Positions 36,477-49,701 of a DNA stretch of 64,000 nucleotides are shown here, piece by piece. The notes beneath the pieces were generated by a model that did not search any database, was not told where the DNA came from, and was given only the letters and a program-made list of their open reading frames with translations. The stretch comes from Octopus sinensis (lineage: Eukaryota), in contig NC_042998.1 of NCBI RefSeq assembly GCF_006345805.1, forward strand, positions 194,494,001 through 194,558,000, read 5' to 3'. A program made the translations under genes and the position numbers. Each line of letters starts with the position of its first letter. Within the stretch, counting starts at the first letter, position 1.

Positions 36477-36636
36477 CTTCGGATACGTTATTTCCAAATT
36501 CTTCACTTTTCTCTTTTTCTAAAACAGGAGACAAATTTCTTTCCTTCATGGATTCTTCTGGAACATTCTGATTTGTTGTTGGAATATTTAGTTGATTTGA
36601 ATATACATAACTCTTTTCTTTAGGGATGTGAGAAAT
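36477..36636 (-). CDS. CCDC181: Probable second coding exon (ISHIPKEKSYVYSNQLNIPTTNQNVPEESMKERNLSPVLEKEKSEEFGNNVSE)
   Basis: Acceptor aatttatttcag| and donor AG|gtttga; 160 nt. Only phase 0 is open, matching exon 1. Non-repetitive, E/K/S/N-rich. Confidence 0.65.
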
Positions 36637-37679
36637 CTGAAATAAATTTTAAACAACATTAACTTTTTTTCATTTTTTTTTTTTGTCTGAAGAAATATAA
36701 CAAGAACAATTTCAAATGTAGACATAAGAACTTGAACTTTGTGGAATGGTATAGTTGATTACATTGATATTTGACCGATGCTTTATTTTATCAGCCCTAC
36801 CACAAACAGATGAAAAATAAAGTTTACCACAGTGGGATTTGAACTCGGAACATTAAGAGCTGTTACTCAATACCATCAGGCATTTTCTCCTCTACTCTAT
36901 CAATTCTACCAATAATGTAAGTTATGGAACATAATTTTTGTTAAAAGCATTTGGTAATTAGCATTGGTAAAAAGCATTAGATCAAGATTGTTCAAGCCAT
37001 TACAATCTCATCTGAAATTTGGACACAGTGTATCTAGGACTACATTATTCCAATGTATGCTCCACTTTTTTTATTTAGATGAGTGTGATTTTGAGATATG
37101 GCTGCTATTTCAAGCAAACCCACCAACTACATACTGGCTCTCTTATTTGCTTGTATTGTTGTTTTTTTTAAATATAGTATATTTAAAACTACACTATCCA
37201 ATGTAACTTTCCATTTTTTAAACAATAAGGCATGCTTTGAGGGAAATTTTGCCAATAAAAATTATATTGTGCAATGAATATTATTTAGTAAACTACTGAA
37301 GTCCAATGTGATGTCTCCACTGCTCCGATTTTGAAAACAGTCAGATAATTTGTGGTAGTGTTTACATTTTCACAAGTAGTGTTTGGTGGGGATTTTCTCT
37401 CTTCTAATAATGAATTTGTTGTAAGTTGCAGATGGTTTTAATGCCTTTAATTTGTTTTTAATGTTGAAACAAGGAATTGGTTTTTTTAGTTTTCACATTT
37501 TGTTCGGTTTTTTAATCTCGGTTTACATGCAATTTTGAAAAAAGAACCAGTTTGTCATGGGATGTACAAGAAACAACAGCTAAAATTTCCCTTAAATCAC
37601 ACACCTTTGTATATGAAAATATTTTGAAATTTTTTTTTTTACCAAAAGACTTCTCACATCATTTTTAAGTGCATCGTGC

Positions 37680-37710
<31 letters not shown>

Positions 37711-38715
37711 GAGAAAAAGTAAAGATTTTCAAAAATATTTTTTCATAAAAGGCTTCTGCCGATTAATTACCAAGGCTGTGATGGAAAAAAATTGGAAAAA
37801 TCCCCATCAAAATGGAGAAAATCAAACTTATGTGGGCATCCTGATCCCAAACTCCACCATTTATAGCTATTTATAGTAGTTCATTAAAATTTTATTGAAA
37901 TGGTACAATGTCCCAAAATCTTAGAATTTCTTTAGTTTTATATCTACTACAAATGTGCCAAAACGCAAGTTCCTGTGGCTTGTACTTTTGGAATTAGTTT
38001 GGTCTGAAAACATCACAAAATCAACTTTGTTACATGCAACAAAATATGCTTTCCATAAATATTATTAAAATTGCCAAAAAATAATTTCCTTTTCAAGGAT
38101 ATGGAAAAAATATGGGCAACTTACTATCCCATGACCTATTAATTTGTGTAATTTGAAGATGATTAGCACCTCAGTTTCAAAAATATGGTCAATTGGGCAA
38201 GATTCTAGCCAATTTGCTGACCATCCAAAAATGGTCATATTTCCTAAAATATTTGTCCAAATTTCACAAATGAGGTATCAAAATGTTTCTTTTTGGATGC
38301 TCTCCAAGAATAAAGTACAGCAGAAGTTAGATTAAATATTTTCAAAAATTAATTCACTGTGATCCCTACATAGATGCTCTCTCTTGTTGTTGTTTAGTCC
38401 CAAGTGATCTCTGTAGGAACAAACTAGTAACCCTAGACATTCCATCCATGATCATTCCAACTTTATTTCAGTCTGTATGTCTAGGACTATGTTATTCAAC
38501 ATGCCCTCTCTTTTTAAGATGTGGTATAAGGAAGATTTTGCTGCAATTTCAAGGTCTAACAATTTTGTGGAGGCCTCCTAGTGGTCATGTGAGAGAAACT
38601 GGTGTTGGTGTGAAGGAAAGTACTGTTGATATGATGGTGATAATGCTTGTGTTATTTGAAGACAATTTGATTGCAACCGCAAATATAGAAACCAAGTTTT
38701 ATATATATATATTAT

Positions 38716-38761
<46 letters not shown>

Positions 38762-39089
38762 GGCTTGGTGAAATTACTGTTATCTTAAGGTTTGGTAAAT
38801 ATAATGGAAGATAATTTTTCACTGAAAAGGTCAAATAATACTGAAACATGTCATGAGTTGTTATCATTCATGTCAGAGATAAATTCATTCTCCACTTCAT
38901 GTCCACATTCAATTTTTGAATAATTAAAACTTCAGAATTGTCTTACCTATCTATCTTGGCTAGAATTAATCGTTAAAAGATGTTTTTCTTCTATTCTTGC
39001 AAGAAGTGAAATTTTAACTAAAAAATGTTGTCTTACTGTTATGTTGTGTTAAAATGATATAAATGACATGATAAAATATGAGGAGATTT

Positions 39090-39298
39090 TATAAGTATTT
39101 ATTTTGAGATGTTCTGTTTTTCTTTAAATATAACAAACAATTTAGTAAAATAACTTAGTTATCATGAAGCTAGTGTTAGGAACATAAATTGTGACTAAGG
39201 TTTCGTGGAAGATTTTAATTCAAAACTTATGAAAACAAGATATTTGTACTACAGAGCCAGAGCCGGTTTCAGGCAGGTTAGTATCGAAAGGGTTAAAT
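39090..39298 (-). mobile_element. piggyBac-type MITE fragment
   Basis: Inverted homolog of 10228-10444; ends gaaagggTTAA. Confidence 0.65.
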
Positions 39299-39371
39299 AG
39301 AATTGGTTAAATGAAACAGTAACAAGTGATCTTACAATTAAAGGAAAATAACTCAATATATTATATTTAAT

Positions 39372-39588
39372 AATATAATAATGAAATTATTGTATACAGT
39401 GCTCAGGTGCACCACAACTTGTCAAAAGTGTGTATAAACCATATGCAGTAATGTACAAATGTCTGGAAAGCGAACAGTGTATGTGAGAAATACATGCTTG
39501 CATGTGTATGGAGAGGAGAAAATCAGGTGTAGTGTTGGCAGATCTTAGGAAGCATGGAAGTTTTGAAGGATGCAGTGCTCCGACAACT
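39372..39588 (-). mobile_element. CR1/L2 3' fragment
   Basis: Family 3' UTR match. Confidence 0.85.
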
Positions 39589-40184
39589 TCTTATCTTAAG
39601 ATGTAAAGCATATAAATTATTTTACACATAAACAATCACAGGGGTAGAGTACCCTCGTATTCTTGTAGTGTTATTCTGGCCAGAATGAGGACTCATTGGA
39701 TTCTGTACTTTATTAGTTTTCTGATTACATGATCACTTTTTGTTATAATCTTGCCAGCTTATGGAAGTGGTTCATTTAGAGTAGGGTACTCTACTAAGCT
39801 GGGCATAGTTGGTTATTCCCAGTTTGTTCATAAGACAGTTGTGCTGGTCAATGTTTGAACTGACCATCAGCTTCTTTTGACGGTCGAATGTGTCACTGGT
39901 TTCTCCTGTCTTTCCTTTTAGTCATTGACCCAATCACATACAATGCATGTGGGGTTAATGCATGTGATGCATCCATGATAAGACGAGCATCTTGTAATAT
40001 ACATGCTCCAAAACCATTTTCTGAGCTGTCTACAAAAAGTATAATTAGTTTCTTGACATCATAATACAATAGACTTATGTATATATGGCAGCGTGGTTAT
40101 GAAGTTCATTTTGCAACTGTGTATTTTTGGAGTTTGGCCCCAGTGCAGCATCTTGAGCAAGTGTCTTCAACTATAGCCTTAATC

Positions 40185-40460
40185 ATCATCATCATCATCA
40201 TTTAACGTCCGTTTTCCATACTAACATGGGTTGGGCGGTTCGACTGGGGTCTGGGAAGCTAGGAGGCTGCACCAGGCTCCAGTCTGATCTGGCAGTGTTT
40301 CTACAGCTGGATGCTCTTCCTAATGCCAACCACTCCGTGAGTGTAGTGGGTGTCTTTTTACATGCCACTGGCACAGGGGCCAGATAAGGCTGGCAAAAGG
40401 CCATGATTGGTTGGTGCTTTTATGTGTCACCAACACAGACGCCAGTTAGGCGGCGCTGAC
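40185..40460 (-). mobile_element. SINE family D
   Basis: Family consensus match. Confidence 0.85.
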
Positions 40461-40611
40461 TTAATCTAACCAACTATTAGTGAACACGATAAGTAGAAGG
40501 AAATTATATGAACTTGTCATTCATATGTGTGTGTGTATGTGTGAGAAAAAGAAAGAGAGAGAGAGAGAGAATATGTGTATTTAAATGTCCATTCCCGTTG
40601 TTTTCATATAT

Positions 40612-40828
40612 AATAATAATAATGAAATTTTTGTATACAGTGCTCAGGTGCACCACAACTTGTCAAAAGTGCATATAAAGTATATGCAGTAATGTACAAA
40701 TGTCTGGAAAGCAAACAGTGTACGAGTCAGATACATGCTTGTGTGTGTATGGAGGAGAGAAAATCAGGTGTAGTGTTGGCAAATCTCAGGAAGCATGGAA
40801 GTTTTGAAGGATGCAGTGCTCCGACAAA
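40612..40828 (-). mobile_element. CR1/L2 3' fragment
   Basis: Family 3' UTR match. Confidence 0.85.
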
Positions 40829-41199
40829 TTATTTAAAAATAAAAAAAACTGACATTGCTTAGATTCTCAACTGAACAATGTCATGTTTAGCAGACATGTG
40901 AGTATCAGTGAAATGATACTCGCAAAACAAGTGGCAGTTGGCAACAGGAAGAGTATCCAGCTGTTTAATCTTTGCTTCCTTATCAGATTGCCAGTATTAC
41001 TGAAGTAAAAGTGATTTTCTTCATAAATAAACAACTGTCCTCATTTTTAAGCATATGAATCCATTAACAAACACCCAGACCAGTTTGCCTGGTTCTCAAC
41101 AAAGAAACTACCTCATCAGTGTGTTAGTCTGTCAATCAAGCTATTTCATTCAGATTTGTGTCGCTAACTGTTGCTGTGAAATAAGATATATATATCCTT

Positions 41200-41580
41200 T
41201 ATCATTTACTTGTTTCAGTCTTTAGACTGCGGCCATGCTGGGGCATCACTTTGAAGAATTTTAATTGAATGAACTGACCCCAGTACTTAATTTTTTTAAA
41301 GCCTGATATTTATTCTGTTAATCGCTTTTGCTGAACTACTAAGTTATAGGGATGTAAACACACTAACACTGCTTGTCAAGCAGTGGTGGAGGGAACAAAC
41401 ACAGACACGAAAACACATTGATGTATATTTGATAGGCTTCTTTCAGTTTCCATCTACCAAATCCACTCACAAGGCTTTGGTCAGCTTGAGGCTGTAGTTG
41501 AAGGCATTTGCCCAAAGCACTACACGGTTGGACTGAACCCAGAACTATGTGGCTGGGAAGCAAATGTCTTACCACACACA
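41200..41580 (-). mobile_element. SINE family A (older copy)
   Basis: Diverged family match. Confidence 0.8.
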
Positions 41581-42289
41581 TTACGTCTCTCCAGGATGTT
41601 GGAGGACTTGAATGTACCCATTACCATGTCAAAGGAGCCTTCTGGGTCAATTTGCTTGGCCCAAACGAACTCTTTACTGAAGAATAAGTTTTTTTTGACA
41701 TGCATGACAATGTAAATATATCCTTATCACTAACTTCGGTGTAGGACCTAGTGAAGTCCAGTACCTTAAAAAGGAGCTCCCTTGATATAGAGAGGTAAAT
41801 ATCAAGAGGGGCAAATAGCCACATGCTAAATAAGTTTAGAAAGGACCTCACCTGCTAAATTTAAGCTTAGGGTACATATGTGTGTCTGTATACTTGTTCT
41901 GTCTTATCTAATGTGTCCTCTCGTTTATATAATGTTAGCGTATGACATTGAGATTTGAGTGTTATTTCCAGCAGGTTGGGCAGCTATACAGATTCTCACA
42001 TACAAAAATACATGCATGCATACACACATACACACACACACAATGTTATTTTTTAATTTAGATTTTAGTTAACTGGTAGAGTGAGTGCACCTGTTTTTCA
42101 TCATGTCAAAAAGGAGAGAGAGAAAGAGAGAGAGAGAGTGGTGATTTGAATGATAGCTTATGTTAAGCTGTCATTAACTTACCAACCCCCTACCACTGCA
42201 TATCAATTTCTTACACTACTTCTTTTCCTTCTAACCCTCAAATATTCCCGACCTTCCACTTGGATTTTACTTTGATGACAGGTCTTCTG

Positions 42290-42720
42290 AAGCACACCAT
42301 ATTGCCAGTTGTCACAGTTCTTCGTCATTTCCTCTGTGAGGCTTAACATCTGAAAATCATTTCTCACCACTTTGTCCCACATCTTACTCTTCCATATTTA
42401 AAGATAAGCACTTGTGCAGTTGTCCTCATTCATATGTATTACATGACTATACAAGTGCAGTCTTCTCTCTTGCACACCTCAACTGATGCCTCTTATGCCC
42501 AATTTTTCTCTCAAAACACTTTGTCATACATGCATGCTGACAGTGCACATCATTTCTTTCAAACCATCATATGTCCTCTGCAGTCACAGCTCATGCTTCA
42601 CTGCCATATAACATAGCTGTCTGCACACAGACATCATATAATCTGCCTTTAACTGTGAGGGAGAGGCCCTTTGTTACAAAGGTAATGGCTCTCTGAACTT
42701 TGTCCAACTAGCTCTTATAC
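42290..42720 (-). mobile_element. RTE LINE 3' fragment
   Basis: Reverse complement of gagagaagactgcacttgtatagtcatgtaatacatatgaatgaggacaactgc. Confidence 0.7.
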
Positions 42721-43011
42721 TAACAACTGTACTTTCAGAGCAACCTCCATCAGAGCTAATTTGGTCATATATATATATGTATTCAATGGGGATGAGGGAT
42801 CAGTAATCTTTGCAAGCCCTTGAAGATTGATGAGGTTTGAATCATAAAAGTTTTCAATTCATCATTTGTTTTTATCATCCTCATTCTATGTTTATGCTCC
42901 ATGATGGCCATGTTTGGATGGTTTGACAGGATCTTATGTTTCCCAGGACTACATTGTGTGCCAGTGTCTGCTTTGGCATGATTTCTATGGCTGGATGCCC
43001 TTTCTTTACAC

Positions 43012-43289
43012 CAGGGGTTCCCAAAATGAGTGGTATTGCCCCCTTGGTGGAGGTGGAAGTTCCAAGGGGGTGTTGAAGAAAAGTGGGGTGATAATGGGGT
43101 AGTGATTCATGTAAAAAAAAAAAAAAATAATGGGTTCATTAGGTTAAGTTTTATTTGTGAAAAATACAGTTGCTTTGAATTTGCTTCAGAAAGAGGTCTG
43201 TGTTTGTGAGGGTTAGTTGGGGTGGGGGCACTAGGGATGTGGTCAGGGTCTCAAGGGGGTGGTAGCCCGAAAAAGTTTGGGAACCACTG
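43012..43289. mobile_element. hAT (Charlie-like) MITE with 8-bp TSD
   Basis: TIRs caggggttcccaaa / tttgggaaccactg; TSD ctttacac / ctttacaa. Confidence 0.88.
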
Positions 43290-43661
43290 CTTTACAATAT
43301 GTACTGGGTGTTCTTTTATGGCATTGGCTATTGAAGTTGTCATGCAATTTACAAGACTACAAACCCAAGGGAGAGGTTTGGTTTCACGCTAGGGAGTGAG
43401 GGATTAAATTATGAGAGAAGAGAGGGTGCAAAGCAGGTTCTTGTAGAAGAGCTGCATGGTTAGTCACATTTATTGTTAAGAATTTACATGGAACACGACT
43501 GTTCCGAAGTAAGAGAGCTAAGTGACATTGGAGAACCCTGTTCAACATGGCAGGATGTGTGCTTAGAGAGAAGCAAGAATTGCCCTTAACAGTGGTAACA
43601 GTTCTATTTTAGATGGTTCTTTTTAAAACATAGCATTTCTACCTGTTCCTTTCAAAATAAC

Positions 43662-43938
43662 ATTAATAATGAAATTATTGTATACAGTGCTCAGGTGCAC
43701 CACAACTTGTCAAAAGTGCGTATAAAGCATATGCAATAATATGCAAATGTCTGGAAAGTGAACAGTGTATGAGTCAGACACATGCTTGTGTGTGTATGGA
43801 GGGGAGAAAATCAGGTGTAGTGTTGGCGAATCTCAGGAAGCATGGAAGTTTTGAAGGATGCAGTGCTCCGACAACTAACAACTGATGCTGGCAGTCTGTT
43901 CCATGCTTCAGCAACTCTCAGCGTGAAAAAATGTTTTG
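43662..43938 (-). mobile_element. CR1/L2 3' fragment
   Basis: Family match. Confidence 0.85.
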
Positions 43939-44794
43939 AACTCCTACCTTCAATAGTATCTACTCTATAACTCTGTCTGCCCTCCCACAATTATAAAGTT
44001 GTCCCTCTCATACTTTACCCTCTCTCATCATCTCATGTAGAGTCATCATATTCTCTCTCCTATTCTCCTTCAAGTCTTGGGAGGCTTTGAGCCTCTTTAG
44101 TCTTGCTAGTTGCAAGGCCATCTCATTAGCGCTGGTGCTACAAAAAAAAAAAAAAATGAAGCAACTGGTACACATTATAATGTGGTTGGTGTCAGGAAGG
44201 GCATCCATCAATAGAAACCATACCAAAAGAGGGGAATTTGGAGCATAACATGGTCCTGTGGCTTGCTGGGTCCAGTCAAACAGTCCAATGCATGCCAACA
44301 TGGGAAGTGGATGTAAAATGATGATGATGATATATACACATACCCATGCATACAAACACTCATAGAGGAATAAACATAAAACACTGTTATAAGGTCTTAA
44401 AGAGAGAAATCAAAACATTGTCGTGGGCTGAATATATTTATTATGCTAATTTTCAATTTACCAGCTTCGTTATTGAGTTTGATGGAAGTATGAACAATGT
44501 TTGGACTGGACTGCTTTCTTTTTTATGAGCTTTCTCAGGTCACATGATTTTTTTATACTTGATACTGACTAGTGTTCATTTTTTCACAAAATGTATGTGT
44601 GTTGGGGGTGATAACTAGATTTTAATCAATTTGGTTGCCGCAGTTTCTTCAGGCAGAAATTATTTGAATCCAAATTAAGAGTTCAGATTTTACTAAGGAG
44701 CTGCACAAGAAAGGTCAGTGATCATAACTTTTGTAGGCCCTAAAAATTGTCATTTGTTGATGGTTTCATATGGCTGTTATGGAGATATCTAAGA

Positions 44795-45658
44795 GCTTGT
44801 GTATAATACGCACCCCTTCTCTAACTTGAGTCAAGGAGGTCTATATAACGTCCTTGGTTTGTAAAAATGTATACGGTAACGTCCTTTATTATTGCCTTCT
44901 TGCCTCCTTTATCTTTGGTATCTGTATAATTTCATCTTTATTTCTTCTCCATAACCTGACATTGCTTTCGTCAACATCAAATTTTCTTCCGGTGGCCCTA
45001 TTACCATGCTCTTCAGCATATGATATAACTTCAAGTTTAAACATAGCTGAATAAGATCTACAAGGTATTTTATGAGCATGTAATGTATAAAATGTTTTAT
45101 TGGAGATTAATGTACAGGTTTAAGTCCTGCTTATAGAAAACCCTAGTAAAGACCCACAGTAATTTAATTAAGTATCTATTGTTTGCCACGGTAATGATGC
45201 AAACTGCCAATACAAACAGCAGGATGAACTATTTAGGGCTAAACTATTAAGCACAATTTGTGTGTAATTAAGCCAACAGCACCTAGTCAAACAAACACTT
45301 CCGCGCATGCGTAATACAATAATGGTGATGCCCTTAATTGTTATATGGAAATGTAATTATGCTTGCAAATTGTTTTTGCTATATGTTATTCTGTGTTTTG
45401 AATACTTTTATTTTAATAAATGTTGCTTACTGCAAGTTATAGATGATTCTTTTATGACTTCATTGCTTTCAGGCTTAGCTTAAGGTATTTTCGCACCCAA
45501 CATCACAAAATGCGTCTGAATAAACATTGCCGGACAGCAAATAGAGACTCAGACATTGCTTAGAAAATATTTTTCATTTTTAACCTCGTATGCACTAGCA
45601 ATTTTGACTTTTAAATTTTGGGGAAAAAATGCGAATTATACTCAAGGATTTACAGTAA
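44795..45658 (-). mobile_element. pogo/Tigger-like DNA transposon remnant with Brinker-type HTH ORF (45044-44889)
   Basis: SYSAMFKLEVISYAEEHGNRATGRKFDVDESNVRLWRR; TIR remnants cttgtgtataatacgca and tgcgaattatactcaag…tttacagta. Confidence 0.75.
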
Positions 45659-45869
45659 TGTTTTTTGTCCAGACTCTATAACTATTTGATCTTTAATTTG
45701 CAGTTGCCATTCCTTTTATATTATTAGATATATTTACATAAAGTTATTATATTCCACACCTAACATGGATAATGGAAGTTGTGTGTAGAAGGCATTGGTT
45801 TCGCTTGAGTTTTGCATCGATTCAATGTATCTGGCTTGTTTATTGTTATTTGGTGTTATGCTGGTAATA

Positions 45870-46252
45870 TTTATATATAAAAGTGAGGTTGTGTGCTGTC
45901 TGTCTCCTATGATTTAGATTCCTAACTACTCCCACATTTTGCGGTGCAGTTTAACCAAAACCGGGTATCTTATAGTCGTGATTCATATCGAGCCCTTCTG
46001 GGTATTAGCGCGTGTCTACGATGAGCCTACAATTTAAAAAAAAATTTACCATCAATTTTTCCCATTTTTAATGCATTTTTGGCATATATAAGGGAAGTAA
46101 CTCTCTAAAAATTTATTAAATCTCAGAACGTAAAAAGCTGCAGTAACACCCCCTCCCTTTGTGGTTAGCCATATTGAGATGGCTATTATACTTTACATCT
46201 CTAAAAATGCTTATATAGTTATTTCCCTTACAAACCCGAGCGATACTGCTAG
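45870..46252 (+). mobile_element. Non-autonomous Helitron (family B), terminal hairpin deleted
   Basis: Near-identical to 15481-15879 but ends cccgagc|gatactgCTAG. Confidence 0.85.
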
Positions 46253-47004
46253 TGTATAATAATGCTCTTCATAGATCATCACTGTTTGGACAGTTGTTAT
46301 GTATTTAGTGTCCAGTTCACCTGCACTACTAATAATTCTCTGACAATGATTTCTTTATAGTGTTATGGTTTCTATATTGGGCTTGCAATTGAAGATAACT
46401 TTTATACTGTTTTTGTCAAATTATTTGTAATATCTGTGTCCATTGGGGAAATGTTTTCTGATTATTTCTCATCTGTGGATATACATCCCAAATTAAGTGC
46501 TTAAATTAGTCACACAAATATTTAAATTTACACAACTATGCAAACCATTTAGCATGCAAAAAGTGTTGAAATAATTAAAATAATGATAATAAAGTATTAA
46601 GTACACAGCATGTAGTTCTTGTGTTTTTTGCAATGTAGTCCAGGTTAGCCATGATTGAGCAAAGCTATGTCAGTCGGGTGTGACTTACAGATCTATGATT
46701 CCAAAGAAACCATACCTTCACTTAGCTGAGAACCATACTACATATTCTGACATGCAGCAGTTAATTGTACAGAGTGCAGTATGACAGTCTAGACATGTTG
46801 CACCCTCTCCATCATCCATTTTAATTTTGTATGCCTGTAGATTTTGATGGTCACCACAGCAAAGACAGGCCACTTGTTATTTTTTTAACGAGATTGTTGT
46901 CAAAAGATCGTATGCTGGAATTAATGAATAAAGAGACTAATTTAGAACAGACAACCTAATTAAGTTGGTGACAGATCTTAATGGAACTGGAATATAATTA
47001 AAAC

Positions 47005-47336
47005 ATTATCAGCATTGTAAAGTATACTAGCCATCTCAATATGGCTAACCACAAAGGGCGGGTGTTACTGAAGCTTTTAGCCCCAGGAGATCATCGTCTT
47101 CAGCTGGCTTTAGGCACACTTTCTGTGCCCTTATGGTATTTGCAAAGGGAGGTCATCCCTCTCTCGTAAACCTAAGTATCACTTAAAGCCAGCTGGAGAC
47201 GATGATCTCCTGGGGCTAAAAGCTACAGAAACACCCACCCTTAGTGTTTAGCTATATTGAGATGGCTAGTATACTTTACATTGTCGAGCGGTTACTGTTT
47301 ACATCTCGTTCTGAGATTTAATAATTATCAGCATTA
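47005..47336. mobile_element. Foldback element (~97-bp arms) with flanking direct repeats
   Basis: Arms tgtaaagtatactagccatctcaat… (from 47016) and …attgagatggctagtatactttaca (to 47280); attatcagcatt on both sides. Confidence 0.8.
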
Positions 47337-47649
47337 TTTCTCAGTAAATGCTTTACAGTTCATAGGACATACACATAAGCCAAAAATGAAAAATTATTGT
47401 AATTTTTACAGTAGTCGTTGTTGGATTGGGTAGGCTTATGATAACACAATAGTAAATTGAACACGTAGCATATCACAGGTTTATCAATCTGGATATTTTA
47501 TGCTTCAGTCTACCCTGAAACCATTCTGCACCCTTCACCATTCAGTGAGTGGCTTGTTGGGAACAGAGCAACAGTCAGGTCTTCTATGGTGTATAGAATG
47601 ACAATTACATCGTATTATATAGAGTACACCATAGTAGTCAGCTCATGTT

Positions 47650-47970
47650 GTCATCATCATCATCATCGTTTAACATCCGTTCTCCATGCTAGCATGGGTT
47701 GGACGGTTCGACTGGGATCTGGGAAGCCAGAAGGCTGCACCAGGCTCCAGTCTGATCTGGTAGTGTTTCTACAGTTGGATGCCCTTCCTAACGCCAACCA
47801 CTCTGTGAGTGTAGTGGGTGCTTTTTACATGCCAGGTGAAGCTGGCAACGGCCACGATCAGATTGGTGCTTTTTACATGCCACCGGCACGGAAGTCAGTC
47901 AAGGTGGCGCTGGCATCGGTCACGTTCAGATGGTGCTTTTTACGTGCCACCGGCATGGAAGCCAGTCGTG
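47650..47970 (-). mobile_element. SINE family D
   Basis: Family match. Confidence 0.85.
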
Positions 47971-48529
47971 TATTGTGTGAAATAGAATGGGTATCAAACC
48001 ATACTGTCTAGGGTACAATGTAGTAGTCAGGTCACAATGCGTGAGATGTAGTATATTTGTGGAAATGAGTTGTGTGTGGTACAGAGAAACAGTGAGGTCA
48101 AGTTATGAGGAATGTTGTATGGTAGTGAAGACATGTGTAGCAGTCAGGCTATGTATGAGATACAGTGTGGCATTCACAGCCAATTGTATGTAGGGAAGAG
48201 AGCGAAAGTCACACCCAATTGCATAAGGTACAGTATGGCAGTCATTAAAGGTTGTGTATGATGTATGTATAGTAGCTGTCTGTTAAGGGGAAACTCTTCT
48301 TACCACTTGTACAATAGCCTAAACGATTCTAGGTTACTGGTTTCATGCATCTTTCTTCCTCCTATCACGTATACTACGTTCCACTTACTCTGGGACTTTT
48401 TTTCTGTATAGTGAGGTCAGGTTTTCTATGAACAGATTGGAACTCAACATTGCATGTAACAAAACACTCATCAATTGTAAAGTTCTCTTCTCTTCTTGAA
48501 GTGCTACATTGAGTCATCACCATTATTTA

Positions 48530-49110
48530 CTGTCCCCTTTTCCATGCTGGCATGGGTTGGACAGTTTGACAAGAGAGCTCTTGGAAAGTGAAAGGGAGAG
48601 GAAGAAAGAGATGTGAAGTCCAGGTACAACGTGAATAAGACAAAGTAAAAAGTGCACTGAACGAAAAGAGTGTGGTTGATGATTAGAGAGATGGGGAATA
48701 ATCTGGATGCAGAGGATATCAGTCCAGTGTAGTAGGGAGTGAAGAAAATAGGAGATGAAGGCGCAGGAAGGATTGACGAGCCTCAATTCTTCTGACATGG
48801 ACAGGTCTTCTCAAGCACAGCATAATGCCATTCATTTCAGTCCCTTGTCATCTCCTCTGAGAGGGTCAATATCTTGAGGTCAGTCTCTACCACTTTGTCC
48901 TACATCTTCCTAGGTCTGCCTCTTCCACATGTTCTTTCCATGTTTAGTGATCCGCACTTCCTTATACAGCTGTCCTCACCCACCCACATCACATGACCAT
49001 AGCAGTGCAATCTTCTCTCTTACACAACACATCTGATGCCTTTTATGCCCAAACTTTCTCTATGCACACTTGTACTTTGCCATACATGCACATTGACATT
49101 GCACATCCAT
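48530..49110 (-). mobile_element. Decayed RTE 3' fragment
   Basis: Homologous to 42290-42720. Confidence 0.6.
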
Positions 49111-49648
49111 TGAATTCATACATGAACAATAAATATATTTGCCAGATATACGGTATAGGGATGATGACAAGATTTGAACCAGTGATATTTTTGCCAGTAG
49201 TTTGACACCAATTCACCTCAAGCAGTGGATTTAATTTGGTTCAATTATTTTGTAAATTCATAAATGTGCAGAATTATGGAGAGTAGGATAATTGTTATAA
49301 ACAAAACTGATGATAAAACATCAGAATTTATGATATATTCAAGAGATAATCCTAATTTTGTCTAGAGTGAAACTATAGTAATTCATTTTACTCTAATACA
49401 TCCCACTTTTGCTTTGCATCTATGTGTGTAACCATATTTCTCTTGATATATGGTCAGTATTTCAACATATGTTGCTCTAGCAACCATCATAATTTCTCTA
49501 TATTTATGGCTAATATTTCAGTGCATTTTATAATTCAAATTATTTTAGCTACAAATGTCTGAGAGAAACTGAGTTACTATAAACTGCTGTGTGTGTGTGC
49601 ACATGCATGTGTACGCATACATGTATGCATGAAATATTTGTTGCTATG

Positions 49649-49698
<50 letters not shown>

Positions 49699-49701
<3 letters not shown>

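Noticed and set aside
38947-38995. Exon ending at a strong AG|gtaaga donor
   Set aside because: Stops in all three frames; at most a non-coding or poison exon.
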